Below, piece after piece: positions 9,649-20,291 of a DNA stretch of 64,000 nucleotides (the stretch's first letter is position 1; each line of letters starts with the position of its first letter). Origin of the DNA: Andalucia godoyi And28 (lineage: Eukaryota > Protista > Jakobida); NCBI GenBank assembly GCA_009859145.1, contig VRVR01000011.1, forward strand, positions 136,097 through 200,096. Reading direction: 5' to 3'. The notes beneath the pieces are model-generated. The model ran no database searches. It worked only from the letters and a program-made list of their open reading frames with translations, and was not told where the DNA came from. The translations under genes and the position numbers were made by a program.

Positions 9649-11502
9649 ATGTTCAAGGCACCTCAGAATCCCGCTACTGACCCGGGTCTGCAGTGGGCCC
9701 TTGTAGTGCATCTTGGAGCTGGAAGCCACGCCGAAGAGCGTCGAGCGCTGTATCGAGAGTGTGTTGCTTCTGCACTGTCTGCTGCATCATCGATCTTGTC
9801 TGGGCTTAGTGGATCAGATGAAGGTGCGAACGCGTCGTCTGAAGAGAACGGACAGAGTATCGGAGATCGGACTTTTCAATATTCGGAAAGTCGGCTGTGG
9901 GATCTTGCCGTGTCGGCGGTGTGCGCTGCTGTTGAGCAGCTTGAGAACAACCCGAGTACGAACGCTGGTTGCGGATCGAACTTGTCGCTGAAAGGTACTG
10001 TCGAACTGGATGCTTCCTTGATGACGAGCGATGGGCTTTGGGCCGGTGTAGGCTGCGTGCCCAAGGTGTCGAACCCCGTCCGGATTGTGCAGGACATGCT
10101 GCAGGTTCAGCATCAGCAGAGAACGTTGTCGTGCGGGAGAGTTCCTCCAATGATGTTGTGTGGAGAGGGAGCACTGCTCTATGCCATTGAACGCGAAAAT
10201 TTAAAAAGGTATGTGTTGCCGTCGGATGCAAGCCTGAAATCGAGCTCTTCGATCGCGAATTTTGAGAGGTACCAGAAGATGCTCGAGGAGTCTGAGCTCT
10301 CTCAGCGCATAAAAAACGCTGCGCCATTGCAGTCCACAGGCATTCTATCTCCTCCGTGTTCTGCGGCGAGCTCGTTCCCGTCAGTGTCGTCGGCGTCGTC
10401 GAATTCATTGTCATCCCTGACCACAGTGTCCTCCACAAGGTCGCTGTCGGTTGCGTCTGCGCTGTCCTCAGCATCGTCTACATCTTCCCTGATTGCGCCG
10501 GATGGACAGCATTCCCGTGATGTGCAAAAGTCAGCGGCGGACAGCGGAGAACATTTGCATCTCAGCCCGACAATAGAGACTGCGGCCTCAGAAGGGCCGA
10601 ATTGTCCTCCAGATGTGATGATGGACACTGTTGGAGCGGTTCTTATGCTTTGGTCCCCCCTTCTCAGTATCCCTATTGCTGTTTCGGCGGTTTCTTCTGG
10701 AGGCATTGCGATGAAGATGCCAGGCCGAGTTGGTGAGGCCGCAGTATATGGCGCAGGATGCTTTGCCGCTTCGTTTCCAGAAGAACGGACGCAGCATCAC
10801 AAGAGCCGTGTCGAAGAAAAGACAGCAAGATCAAGGAAGCGCCCTCGGTTGTCGCCGAGTTCCACTCCCGTCGACCCATCGAAGGATCATGACCGACATG
10901 CAATTCCGGGCTTCAATGAGATCCGCGTGGATGGCGGCGCTGAAGTGGAATTTGATTTTCAGGAGCCGGTGAACAGCAGTTCGTCCTCGTCCTCGTCCTC
11001 GTCCTCCGTCTCCGGTTCCTCTTCTTCTTCTTCTTCTTCTTCTTCTTCTGGCTCCTGTTCCTCCTCGTCAGGATCTGCAATCGGATTTGTCTCTGGGATC
11101 AAATCCGCAAACGATCCATCGGAAGATGACGACAAGGATACGGAAGATGCGGTCCTCACTGCAGTCTCTTGCTCGGGCTGCGGGGAAGATATCATGCGAT
11201 ATCAACTTGCATTCCGCGTTGCCCGCCCTCATTCGGATCTTGGGCGCATTCTGCAGGCTATGCCACATGTAACAATGGAGCGTGCTGCTGGATGTGTTCG
11301 CCTTGAGTATCGATATGGCCCAAGTGAAAACATCCATCGAATGCTGATCTCGTGTGCCCACACGACAAGAAGCATGGTGTATGGCTGGTGTACGTCCTCT
11401 TCGCCAAAACACGTCCACTTTCGCTTTTCAAAACGTGGAGAGGCTCTTCTGCCTATCAGCGACTCCGCGTGCATCGTATCCGTTGACCGTGTGAAGTTCT
11501 GA
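9649..11502 (+). CDS. TASP1: Threonine aspartase (taspase-1 family Ntn-hydrolase) with Ser-rich insertions
   Basis: LVVHLGAG, LENNPSTNAGCGSNL, ELDASLM, GRVPPMMLCGEGA, the autocleavage/nucleophile site D-TVGAV, and SSGGIAMKMPGRVGEAAVYGAGC. Confidence 0.9.
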   Translation: MFKAPQNPATDPGLQWALVVHLGAGSHAEERRALYRECVASALSAASSILSGLSGSDEGANASSEENGQSIGDRTFQYSESRLWDLAVSAVCAAVEQLENNPSTNAGCGSNLSLKGTVELDASLMTSDGLWAGVGCVPKVSNPVRIVQDMLQVQHQQRTLSCGRVPPMMLCGEGALLYAIERENLKRYVLPSDASLKSSSSIANFERYQKMLEESELSQRIKNAAPLQSTGILSPPCSAASSFPSVSSASSNSLSSLTTVSSTRSLSVASALSSASSTSSLIAPDGQHSRDVQKSAADSGEHLHLSPTIETAASEGPNCPPDVMMDTVGAVLMLWSPLLSIPIAVSAVSSGGIAMKMPGRVGEAAVYGAGCFAASFPEERTQHHKSRVEEKTARSRKRPRLSPSSTPVDPSKDHDRHAIPGFNEIRVDGGAEVEFDFQEPVNSSSSSSSSSSSVSGSSSSSSSSSSSGSCSSSSGSAIGFVSGIKSANDPSEDDDKDTEDAVLTAVSCSGCGEDIMRYQLAFRVARPHSDLGRILQAMPHVTMERAAGCVRLEYRYGPSENIHRMLISCAHTTRSMVYGWCTSSSPKHVHFRFSKRGEALLPISDSACIVSVDRVKF

Positions 11503-12021
11503 GAAGACATGGTACGGTATCCTATTATTGTGCAGTCCGGGCTTTGTTAGTTTCATAGCAGCCGTTCGTCTAGTTATTCATTTTTATCTTGTCTCATATT
11601 CATCATCATCATCTTCTTCTTCATCTTCTTCTTCTTCTTCATCTTCTTTTTCTTTTTGCTCCTCCTCCTCTTGGAATCGGCGCAGCAAATGCGCACGAAT
11701 GCATGCTACAGACGTGAGCCCTCCTTTTCTTTTTTTCGGATATTGTAAACGTACATCATAATATACAAGCACACTGACCGTCAGTCCTCATCTGTCCACG
11801 GATTCTCTTTCTCTTCTCAAACCGCCCCGGTTAGTATTCATTCATCTTGTACCTTCCCTTTGTTTTCCACATTCTTGGCATTGTTGGTGGTGAACACACG
11901 ACAAAAAAAAAAAGAAAGAAAGAAAAAAGAAAAGAAGAGACAGAAGAGAAAGAAGAAAAAAACACACGTCCAGGTTCACAGTCTGACGTGGACAAACAGC
12001 TATCACCCCAACATGCACACG

Positions 12022-12873
12022 CTATGAAGGAAGAGATTGTCGCCCGTGGAATGAGCTTCCTCGTCGCATATTCCAAGACTTGCGCGCCTCGCCGGAAGAC
12101 CTGTTGAAATCATTCGAATAGCGATCATCCGTCATGGGCACGTAGCCGCCCTCTGGAGTGCAAAATTGCGGGAACTGCGCCACGAAATTCGCATATCCGC
12201 TCTTGAGCAGGACGACGTTAGGCCAGCACAGTCCTGGATACGCATTTCGGTTGATGGTTCGATCCAGGGATCTCAAATGGCCGAGCATTCGCGGACCTCT
12301 CTTCACCGAATGCTCACAGTGGAAAACGACCAAAGTATCCGGAGTGATGAGCGGTATCTGCTGGCCAATGTGTCCGAAAAAGAAGGACTCGACTGCGCTA
12401 GGATCAGGCAGGTTGACCGCGTTCGCAATATGCCCACCTTCAAACTCGTACCCGTATCGACAATCGATGATCAATACTCGTTGTTGCTGCTGCTGCACCG
12501 TGTGCGTCTGCGAGAGCAGACTTGCCAAAGCGTATGCGGATATTGTATTACATTGATCCTGCATCCCCTCAATCGAAATAGGACACGGAAACGCCTCGGG
12601 AAGCACAGAAAAACGAGAAAAATGTGAATGTGTCTCGACCAGCGCACTTGGAATCACAGAGCTCGTGGATCGCCGAGAAAGCCCTGAAACAGGAGGACGT
12701 CTGCACTCGCGATCCGGTGAAGCACGGCGATAAGGCGAAGTACTGGAAAGCAGCGGTGGAAGATTCTCCGACATTTCTCCATTTGGACTCGAAGGAAAAT
12801 CACTAAACAGCGGCTTCCGAGGAGACGGCGAAGCTCTGTTTACAGATCGGATGGAAAGAGGAGAGTCAAACAT
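12022..12873 (-). CDS. CDC25: Cdc25-family dual-specificity phosphatase (rhodanese fold)
   Basis: IIDCRYGYEFEGGHIANAVN and the catalytic VFHCEHSVKRGPRM (HCX5R) motif, then LDRTINRNAYPGLCWP. First ATG at 12873. Confidence 0.92.
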   Translation of the reverse strand: MFDSPLSIRSVNRASPSPRKPLFSDFPSSPNGEMSENLPPLLSSTSPYRRASPDRECRRPPVSGLSRRSTSSVIPSALVETHSHFSRFSVLPEAFPCPISIEGMQDQCNTISAYALASLLSQTHTVQQQQQRVLIIDCRYGYEFEGGHIANAVNLPDPSAVESFFFGHIGQQIPLITPDTLVVFHCEHSVKRGPRMLGHLRSLDRTINRNAYPGLCWPNVVLLKSGYANFVAQFPQFCTPEGGYVPMTDDRYSNDFNRSSGEARKSWNMRRGSSFHGRQSLPS

Positions 12874-13433
12874 CTTGCACGGCCAAAACAAACAAAGCTG
12901 ATGATGACGATGATGACGATGATGATGATGATGAATACAAAAGTACTTTTTTTAATCAAATAGTAAAAAATAATAATAAAAAAGAACAAAGCAATAATGA
13001 TCGAATGATCGAATGAAACACAGAGAAATGTTTGGTTTTCAAAATGGTGAAAAACCGGTAAACATTATAAAGCTGCGTTGAGAGCGGGTAAGGTTTCCCG
13101 ACTTTTCTGAACTCCGAAACACTTGCTGCTTAGTCTGCTCGTGCTACCGTGCAATTTTCGAGTTTCCATCTGCCTGAAACCACAAAACCCTGAATATCAT
13201 CGGATAGTACGGATGAGTTGACAGCCGTCGACATTGCCGTCCCCCTGCAGATTGCTGAAACTCATTGGACGGGACGTCTGCTTGAGGCGCAGCATGCGAG
13301 CTAAATGTTTGGGAGAGATTTGGGTTGGAGAGTAGTGGTGCTGTTACGTTCTCAGCTTCGACTTTATTATTATTATTTATTTATTATTATTATTATTTAT
13401 TTTTTTTGATTTGCTTTGCGGCTGTAGGACAGT

Positions 13434-14579
13434 ATGGAATTGGAAGAAGACGAGACGGGGCTTCTTGTCCGGCCATCGGACGCTGGAAGCGAATCGCAGA
13501 GCAGCGATGTTGTTGCTGTGAGCGTGGATGGCGCGATTGCTGCGCCGAATGCCCATTCTGAGAATGAGGAGACCGGCGCTGCTTCTGATTCGACGTCTTC
13601 CTTGACTCCGGCGCAGAGACGAAGGCGTTTGTTATCGAAGCCTGAGCAGTGGTCAAAGTCGGTTCTGTCCGTTGCGAGACCGGTTCTGATCACCATGATT
13701 CTCACGCTGGTGATGATCAGGCTCCTGGCTTCAGACTCTTCGACGGGTAGCTCGTACGGAAATGCAGAAGACGGCGATGATGCGGGCTCTGGAAGCGATG
13801 ATCAGAGCGACTCTGAGAAGATTGGAGTTGCACTGTTGTCTGCACTGTTTGTGATTGCAATCATGTTTGTTGCGCTGGTGGTAATGGCTTTCTTGTACAA
13901 GAGAGGATACATCAAGGCGATCATTGGATACATGATGGTGTCTACGTTTATCCTGTACGCAATGCTCGGCTCTATGTGGTTTTACGGTATTTGCTTTGCT
14001 CTTCGAATTCGTCTGGACTGGTTTACATTCGCCTTTTGCATATCCAATTTTGCCGTTGGTGGAAGCGTGTGCTTGTTCTACTACGCTCGTCATGAGCTCT
14101 CCCAGTGCTATCTGATCGTATCCTCGGCAATGGTCGCTTGGTGGCTCTCGTTTCTGCCTGTGTGGACCACCTGGGCCTTGCTCATTCTTCTAGTCTTGTT
14201 TGACATTGCCGTGGTTCTCGCGCCCAAGGGACCGCTGAAAACCATTGTCGAAACTGCCCAGGAGCGCAACGAACCAATTCCGGCTCCCGTGTACGAAGGA
14301 GATGGGCTGAAACTTGGACTCGGCGATTTCATCTTTTACACTCTGCTGGTTGCCCGCGCCGCACTGGCTCCCTCTGGCGGGTTTTTGCTCTCTGCGTTTG
14401 TTTGTGCCGTTTCCATATTCGCCGGCCTCGGCTTGACTCTCGTTGTCCTCGGCCTGTATGGGAAAGCTCTGCCAGCGCTCCCAATTTCTATTGTGCTCGG
14501 CCTCATCTGGTACGCTGCTGCCGTCTACCTTGTTTCTCCGTTTGCAGTTGAACTTGCCCTCTATCGAATTGCAGCGTAG
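13434..14579 (+). CDS. PSEN: Presenilin (gamma-secretase catalytic subunit)
   Basis: Multi-pass TM protein with the first catalytic Asp in LFDIAVVL, then KLGLGDFIFY and PALP. Confidence 0.93.
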   Translation: MELEEDETGLLVRPSDAGSESQSSDVVAVSVDGAIAAPNAHSENEETGAASDSTSSLTPAQRRRRLLSKPEQWSKSVLSVARPVLITMILTLVMIRLLASDSSTGSSYGNAEDGDDAGSGSDDQSDSEKIGVALLSALFVIAIMFVALVVMAFLYKRGYIKAIIGYMMVSTFILYAMLGSMWFYGICFALRIRLDWFTFAFCISNFAVGGSVCLFYYARHELSQCYLIVSSAMVAWWLSFLPVWTTWALLILLVLFDIAVVLAPKGPLKTIVETAQERNEPIPAPVYEGDGLKLGLGDFIFYTLLVARAALAPSGGFLLSAFVCAVSIFAGLGLTLVVLGLYGKALPALPISIVLGLIWYAAAVYLVSPFAVELALYRIAA

Positions 14580-14854
14580 CCTTGGACTGCTCCCTGGGCG
14601 TTGCACTCTCTCGCGCCCGTTATTTATTGTTCTTATCCAATTTATTATCATGTCGACGGCTTGGCCGTTGCGTGTTTTGTTTTGCGAGCTGGGTGGTTCA
14701 GATATGAATGAAAATTCATAAACTGCACAAGAAGATCTGCAGTAACAGTACATATTTACCACTATACATCGTTCGTTCGTCCATCGAAACAGAAAACAAA
14801 AGAAAGAAAGGAAAGCACGCCCGGTTGCTGTCCCAGCTCTCTTTCCTGCTGGGC

Positions 14855-15813
14855 TCAGGAAGCAAATCTCTTCACAAACTTGTGCAAAAGCGTCCCTTCC
14901 TGATTCATTTCATGCGAGGGATCCTCTTGCAGCAGACTGGATGGTGGAAGAACAGGCTCTTGCAGCTCCTCTGATTCTCTCGACAGTGCAAAGTTGTGGT
15001 ACGTAGCCCCTCGTTCTTCAAGCATCTCACGCTCAGGAGACGCGATCTGCTCCTTGCGTACATTTTCATAAGCTTTCAGGTTCGTCTCTACAGTCTGGAA
15101 CAGCTGGGTCCACTCCGAGGCCGTCTGTTCGCAATCTGCCGCCACTTTGCGAACCCGTCTGCCAACATCGTCCCAATCACACGTTCGCTGCAGTTCCAAA
15201 AACTCTTTTTCAGAAATCGGAATGTCCACTTTTTCTTGAGATGCCTTGCTGAGCAACGCCACTCGAGCGCTCTTCTGCTGCTCAAACAACACGGAAAGTC
15301 TCTCAGATTCCTCGGTCCGCAATCGCGCAACATTCCTCTTCAGCTCTGAAACCTTCATTCGCAATTCTGCCAATTCTTGACCTGTTCAACAATGGAAAGC
15401 GGGCGGACCAAAAAAGAGTTTTTTAATTTTAAAAAAAACTCATCGATTCCAGAAGAGATAGAGAAAACAAGTCAGTTCTGACGGTCTCTTGTGAAGAAAC
15501 TATAAGAAAAAGGGAAGACAAACAGAGGAACACGTATGCACCCCAAGAAGAAGAAGAAATAGAACATACGAGAAATGGAAAGATCTTGAGCATTTCCTCC
15601 AAGAACAGCTTCATCTTCTTCCACAAGAGTATTGAGCTGCAAAATAGACGAAATTGTGGATTGCAGACGCGGAATATAGTTCATCATTGCTTTTCGTTGC
15701 GAAGAGTCCAGGCGACGTTGTGTCTGAGCCGATTCAAGATGCGCTCTCGCAGCAACTCGGAACACGTCTTCCAACGTATTCAGATGCGCTCGTTTCTGAA
15801 GTCTGACTTTCAT
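14855..15813 (-). CDS. Two-exon coiled-coil protein (exons 15813-15570 and 15381-14855; 256 aa), possibly kinetochore Nsl1/Mis14-like
   Basis: A GTATGT donor at 15569 and an AACAG acceptor ending at 15382 join two ORF-track fragments in frame (LSIS-R-QELAELRMKV); 244+527 = 771 nt. The Nsl1 resemblance is weak and recalled from memory. Confidence 0.7.
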
Positions 15814-16636
15814 AGCATCCACCCCCTCCCCCGGTCTGATGGCCACAGCACTGTATCTATGTGCAACAAGCAAGCAAAAACTTGATGATTTAAATTTCTT
15901 TTGTTTTTGTTGTTTCTGTTTGGGTTTTTTTAAATTTATTAATAAAAGAAATGCGTGTGAATATACGAAAAATCAACCAAGAAGAAGGAAGCGTGAGCGC
16001 AGGGAATCGGCAGAAAAGAAGAACGTTACTGCATCTGTTTTGTTTAGAGTTCATCCGTAGATCCAAGTGAAAGGAATGCCCTTTGTATCAATTGAGGATA
16101 GACCAGGCAAAGGCGAGTTTTTTTTTCCTTTCTGTGTTCCCCCGCCAATGCAAAGCCTTTTGCAGCTGCTCATGATTGTGACTGACAGCTAACGAAAGTG
16201 ACAATTAAAACTTTAAAACAGGAATGACAAAAAGTCAATAAACCCTGTGCAGATAAATATTAACAAAACGATCTGTCTCGTTCTTTGAAGTTTCTTCTTT
16301 GCTTCGCTTTTTTCTTCACTTTTTGGATATTTTTTATTTATTTATCATAGCGGGTGTTGAATCCGTCGTGATTTGACGTGTCTGTGCTGTACCTGCAAGT
16401 TTTGTTGTGGTGTTGGTGTTTGTTTTTGTTTTTTTTAAATCATCAAATCTTTTGATTTGTTCTTTTTGTTTGGGTTATTGTGTGTGTGGGTGTGTGTGTG
16501 TGTGTGTGGGCTAGAATATAGAATTAGTGGGGGGGAAAGCTTCTTTGCTTTCTTTTTGAGTTTTTGTTTGGAAACTGAAAAGAGTCACAGCAAGAAAAAA
16601 GAAGAGTGCGTGCAAAGCAAGTGAAGAATCACGAAA

Positions 16637-18133
16637 ATGTCGATCAAAGCCACAATGGTTCGGTTTGCAGACCGGGTGTTCCGTCCGCTTGTATTGCTCA
16701 TTTTCTTGACGTTCATCAACTTGCTCAACTACTTTGACCGAGGTGCCATGGGCGCGGTGCTGTCAGATGTAAAGGAGGTCTATAGTATTAGTGAGACACA
16801 GGCAGGAGCAATTGCGTCTGCGTTCATGCTTGGGTACATGGTCTTCGCCCCGATCTTTGCACAACTGTCGTTCAAGATTCTCCCGACTCGAATCATGTTT
16901 TTTGGGCTGATGGTGTGGTGTGGCGCTGCGTTTCTGACCGCCTCCGCTCCGGATTTCTATCTCTTCATCATTGGACGATCCATCGTGGGTGTTGGAGAAG
17001 CTGGTTTTTGCGGGCTTGCACCGACAATCATCGATAATGTGGCACCTGTCAAGCAGCGGACTACATGGCTGTCCATTTTTTTCGCGGCCATTCCTTGCGG
17101 ATATGCACTCGGATACGTCGGCGGCGGAGTGTTCTCGTCGTATTCGAACTGGAGACTTGTCTTTGTGATGGAGTCGTTCTTGATGCTTCCGTTTGCAATT
17201 ATGTGTGTATTTATTCCAAAGAATAGGTCGGAGCGGAAGAAAAAGACCGCATCCGTTGAGCATACGACCTCAGAAAGCGCACCATTGGTTGCGGATAGCA
17301 ATCGAGCTGGTGCAGTCGCAAAGCCGCAGTCGGCTGACGAGGAAGAGAACCACAGTGTCAAGGAAAAGAGGTTTGAGGATTACACATTATGGACCGCACT
17401 CAAGACGCTGTTCACGAACCCCGTATTTATGTATAATTCTTTTGGGTATGCTGCTTTGACTGGCTGTTTGGGGGCATATGCGTTCTGGCTCCCGTACTTT
17501 ATCCACACGTATTATGGTCTCGACGTAGCGCAGGCTTCTATCTATCTGGGCTCTGTCGCATTGGTAACAGGTCTGGGTGGAACAGGTCTCGGGGGATACA
17601 TCCTTGACAGGATGGGCGGTTCGTTCGGAATGATTGGAACTTCCCGATCCCTGCGTCTGTGTTGGATTTTCTGCACTCTTGGTTTCCCTTTTGCTGTTCT
17701 AGCGTTCTTGATAGACAACCTTGTCATCTTCATCATCTTCCTGCTGATTGCAGAGTTCTTCCTGTTCGGCACAACCTCCCCCATCAATGCATCTGCGCTC
17801 AGTTGTGTACCGGAAGCGCTGCGCTCACATGCAATTGCTGTTCAGATCTTCTTTATCCATCTGCTTGGGGATTTTCCCTCTCCTGTCGTTACGGGTGTGA
17901 TTGCGGACAAGACAGACTTGTTCTTTGCTTTACTCGTCCTGTCTTTGCTGCTTGTAGTAAGCACAATTCTGTTTTTGATTGCTTGGGTGTACGCAAAGAA
18001 GGCTCTTTCGCAGATGAAGGCTGCAGGCATTGTCGAATCACCAGGACAAGAAATTACGATTTCCCACAAGCCGATTGGACAATCCGCGACAGAGTCTTAT
18101 CATTCAAGCGATCCCGTGAACGACCAACTCTAA
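16637..18133 (+). CDS. Spinster-like major facilitator superfamily transporter
   Basis: INLLNYFDRG, GRSIVGVGEA, PTIIDNVAPVKQRTTWLSIFFAAIPCGYALGY and IHLLGDFPSP; 12-TM pattern. Confidence 0.9.
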   Translation: MSIKATMVRFADRVFRPLVLLIFLTFINLLNYFDRGAMGAVLSDVKEVYSISETQAGAIASAFMLGYMVFAPIFAQLSFKILPTRIMFFGLMVWCGAAFLTASAPDFYLFIIGRSIVGVGEAGFCGLAPTIIDNVAPVKQRTTWLSIFFAAIPCGYALGYVGGGVFSSYSNWRLVFVMESFLMLPFAIMCVFIPKNRSERKKKTASVEHTTSESAPLVADSNRAGAVAKPQSADEEENHSVKEKRFEDYTLWTALKTLFTNPVFMYNSFGYAALTGCLGAYAFWLPYFIHTYYGLDVAQASIYLGSVALVTGLGGTGLGGYILDRMGGSFGMIGTSRSLRLCWIFCTLGFPFAVLAFLIDNLVIFIIFLLIAEFFLFGTTSPINASALSCVPEALRSHAIAVQIFFIHLLGDFPSPVVTGVIADKTDLFFALLVLSLLLVVSTILFLIAWVYAKKALSQMKAAGIVESPGQEITISHKPIGQSATESYHSSDPVNDQL

Positions 18134-18935
18134 TTATTTTCTTCTTTTTGTGGGGGGTTCTTTTTCGTTTTATCGTCTTCTGTGGCTTGTCTTTCCTATT
18201 CGTATTCTTTGTTGAACTTCGTGTATTGTATGCTTCAGTTTTGGGAGGATTCCTGACAGATTAAAATGTTTGATTAGATTCCATGCAATGGCAAATAGTG
18301 TGACGACACTGCAAAATGTCGCTTCTTTCTTGTCATCCCATGCATGCAAGCGCTGCATTCTCTGGGCCGATGCATTCATCCAAATCGCAACACCCACAAA
18401 CTACTGCTTTGACCAGCACACAACAACAACAACAACAACAAGGTCTTTGAGGGTGTGTACAAGAACTTGGATTAAAAGTTGGGCTTTGATGAAACCTTAA
18501 AAAGAACTTAATTTTAAAATATAGGGACGGAAATGATAAAGAACGTGCAATTAATTTCAAGATTTCTGAATTGGCATGCACATTAATTACGAGTCCTCGG
18601 CGACAACCAACCGACATCTGGGTTATCTCGCTCCAAAAATCACAAGAGACGATCCTCCAGCGTGGTGCGAACCGGATGCTGCTGTCCGAAAGAGAAAGCA
18701 ATCGGTAACAAATACTATTCTAAAGATTTTAAGAACACAATTGTTGATCCTGAAAAACATTCAAAACAAAACCAATTACAGAAGACATCCACGGACGCAA
18801 CACAAACAAACCAGCTCAGGGAGGAAACTGGCATTGTACAGAAACATCCAACAAATGGCGAAGCAACATGTGCTCGCCACGAGAAAGATGGGCATATGTA
18901 TAAAAGCTCCACAGCGAAAGAGTACTGCGTGGTAC

Positions 18936-20291
18936 TTAGGACTTGTTGTGCAGTCCATCACGGAAAAATGCAACAACAGCCTCTCGCTGCGCTCTTGCAA
19001 CAGCGTCCTTAACGTTCATTCTTTGCTTCACATACTCGAATGCTTGCAGACCGACATCCGGATGGCAGCAGACCAGCAGCCAGTCCTTTTCCTTGATCAG
19101 GTCCATCATCTCGGCATTCAAAACTCGCTTCTCGCGGTCCGAGCTTTGCCCGTTGAACCCATCTGCCTTTTCACCGTCGTCATCTTGGGAATCCAGGCTT
19201 TCCATGGATTCAAAGGCAGCTGCCTCCGATGCCGAAACATTTGCCTCAAACTCAGGAGAAAATGGCTCTTCATAGCAATCCGGCAAATTGTTCTTGTCTG
19301 CCATATCACGTCGGATGGCTTGCACCAACAGCGAATGGTTCATTCTCTTCCAGAATCCCGGAAGGCGGCCGTCGCGGACCGCAAAGTGAAAAACAAGAAC
19401 AAGGACGAGTCTGCAAAAGCGGGCCAAGGACATCCTTCGAGTCGATGATTGCAGCACAAGACTCTGAAACTCGGGTCTCGAGCGAATTACGCTCATTTGA
19501 TCGCTTGTCATCTTTGCATTCTCGAGAAGAGATCGTCTGCAGTCTCGGAATCTGCAGTTCATATTCAGCTGCTGTGCCAGTTCTAACAGGGTAAACTCGT
19601 TACGAGAAGCAGACTGGGTACTGCTGTTGTTGCCATTTGAGGATGATGGAGATGTCTCATCGTCAGCAACCACTGATTCCGTGGCAGTGGGGGTTGTGGA
19701 AAAAGACGCAGAAGTGCGCCTGGGGGTTTTGGGAGTGGATGCTGTCGGCGAAAGAAGATCCTCCGATGAGCCCCGCTTCCTCGAGGTGAGCGTCATCTTT
19801 CGGCCCTCCTTCAGTGAAGGAGAAGACGCAGCAGAGGATGACACCGAAGACATGGCAGACGTGGTGGAGAGAGATTCAAATTTCGGAGAGATCAAAGTCG
19901 GACTTGTGGTCAATGTTCGAAACGGAATCTTCTGGGAATCCACAGCGACAAACTCAGCAGGATACTCCGCAGATGTCAGGTAGTCCGACACGTGCTTTTC
20001 ATCCTCCTCATTATCGCTGTGTGGGAACGGAGACTGGGAGGAGTTGTCGAAGGCCCAGCGAGCAAACTGCGCATTCTCAAGATCGTCGTCGGTTTGGTCG
20101 ACAAACAGAGCAGAGCACAGATCTCCCAAGATCGTGGAAGAGTCAAATGCAACAGGTTCGGACGACTCCTCAAACGAGTCGAACGAGTCGCAGACGCTTT
20201 GAAGAACAGACGAGCTCATTCTGTCTTCGTGAACTGGAGAAGCGCACGGCGAGTTGAGAAGCGCAAACACAGGAATGTCAATGTGATCCAT
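18936..20291 (-). CDS. Hypothetical protein (451 aa): Ser/Thr-rich disordered N-half and a helical C-domain
   Basis: Long ORF. The first ATG after the T-rich leader is at 20291 (MDHIDIP); the ORF-track extension upstream is low-complexity. No family recognised. Confidence 0.7.
   Translation of the reverse strand: MDHIDIPVFALLNSPCASPVHEDRMSSSVLQSVCDSFDSFEESSEPVAFDSSTILGDLCSALFVDQTDDDLENAQFARWAFDNSSQSPFPHSDNEEDEKHVSDYLTSAEYPAEFVAVDSQKIPFRTLTTSPTLISPKFESLSTTSAMSSVSSSAASSPSLKEGRKMTLTSRKRGSSEDLLSPTASTPKTPRRTSASFSTTPTATESVVADDETSPSSSNGNNSSTQSASRNEFTLLELAQQLNMNCRFRDCRRSLLENAKMTSDQMSVIRSRPEFQSLVLQSSTRRMSLARFCRLVLVLVFHFAVRDGRLPGFWKRMNHSLLVQAIRRDMADKNNLPDCYEEPFSPEFEANVSASEAAAFESMESLDSQDDDGEKADGFNGQSSDREKRVLNAEMMDLIKEKDWLLVCCHPDVGLQAFEYVKQRMNVKDAVARAQREAVVAFFRDGLHNKS

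Noticed and set aside
18576-19448. 290-aa plus-strand ORF
   Set aside because: It overlaps the minus-strand orphan gene antisense and its UTR, and has no recognisable features.
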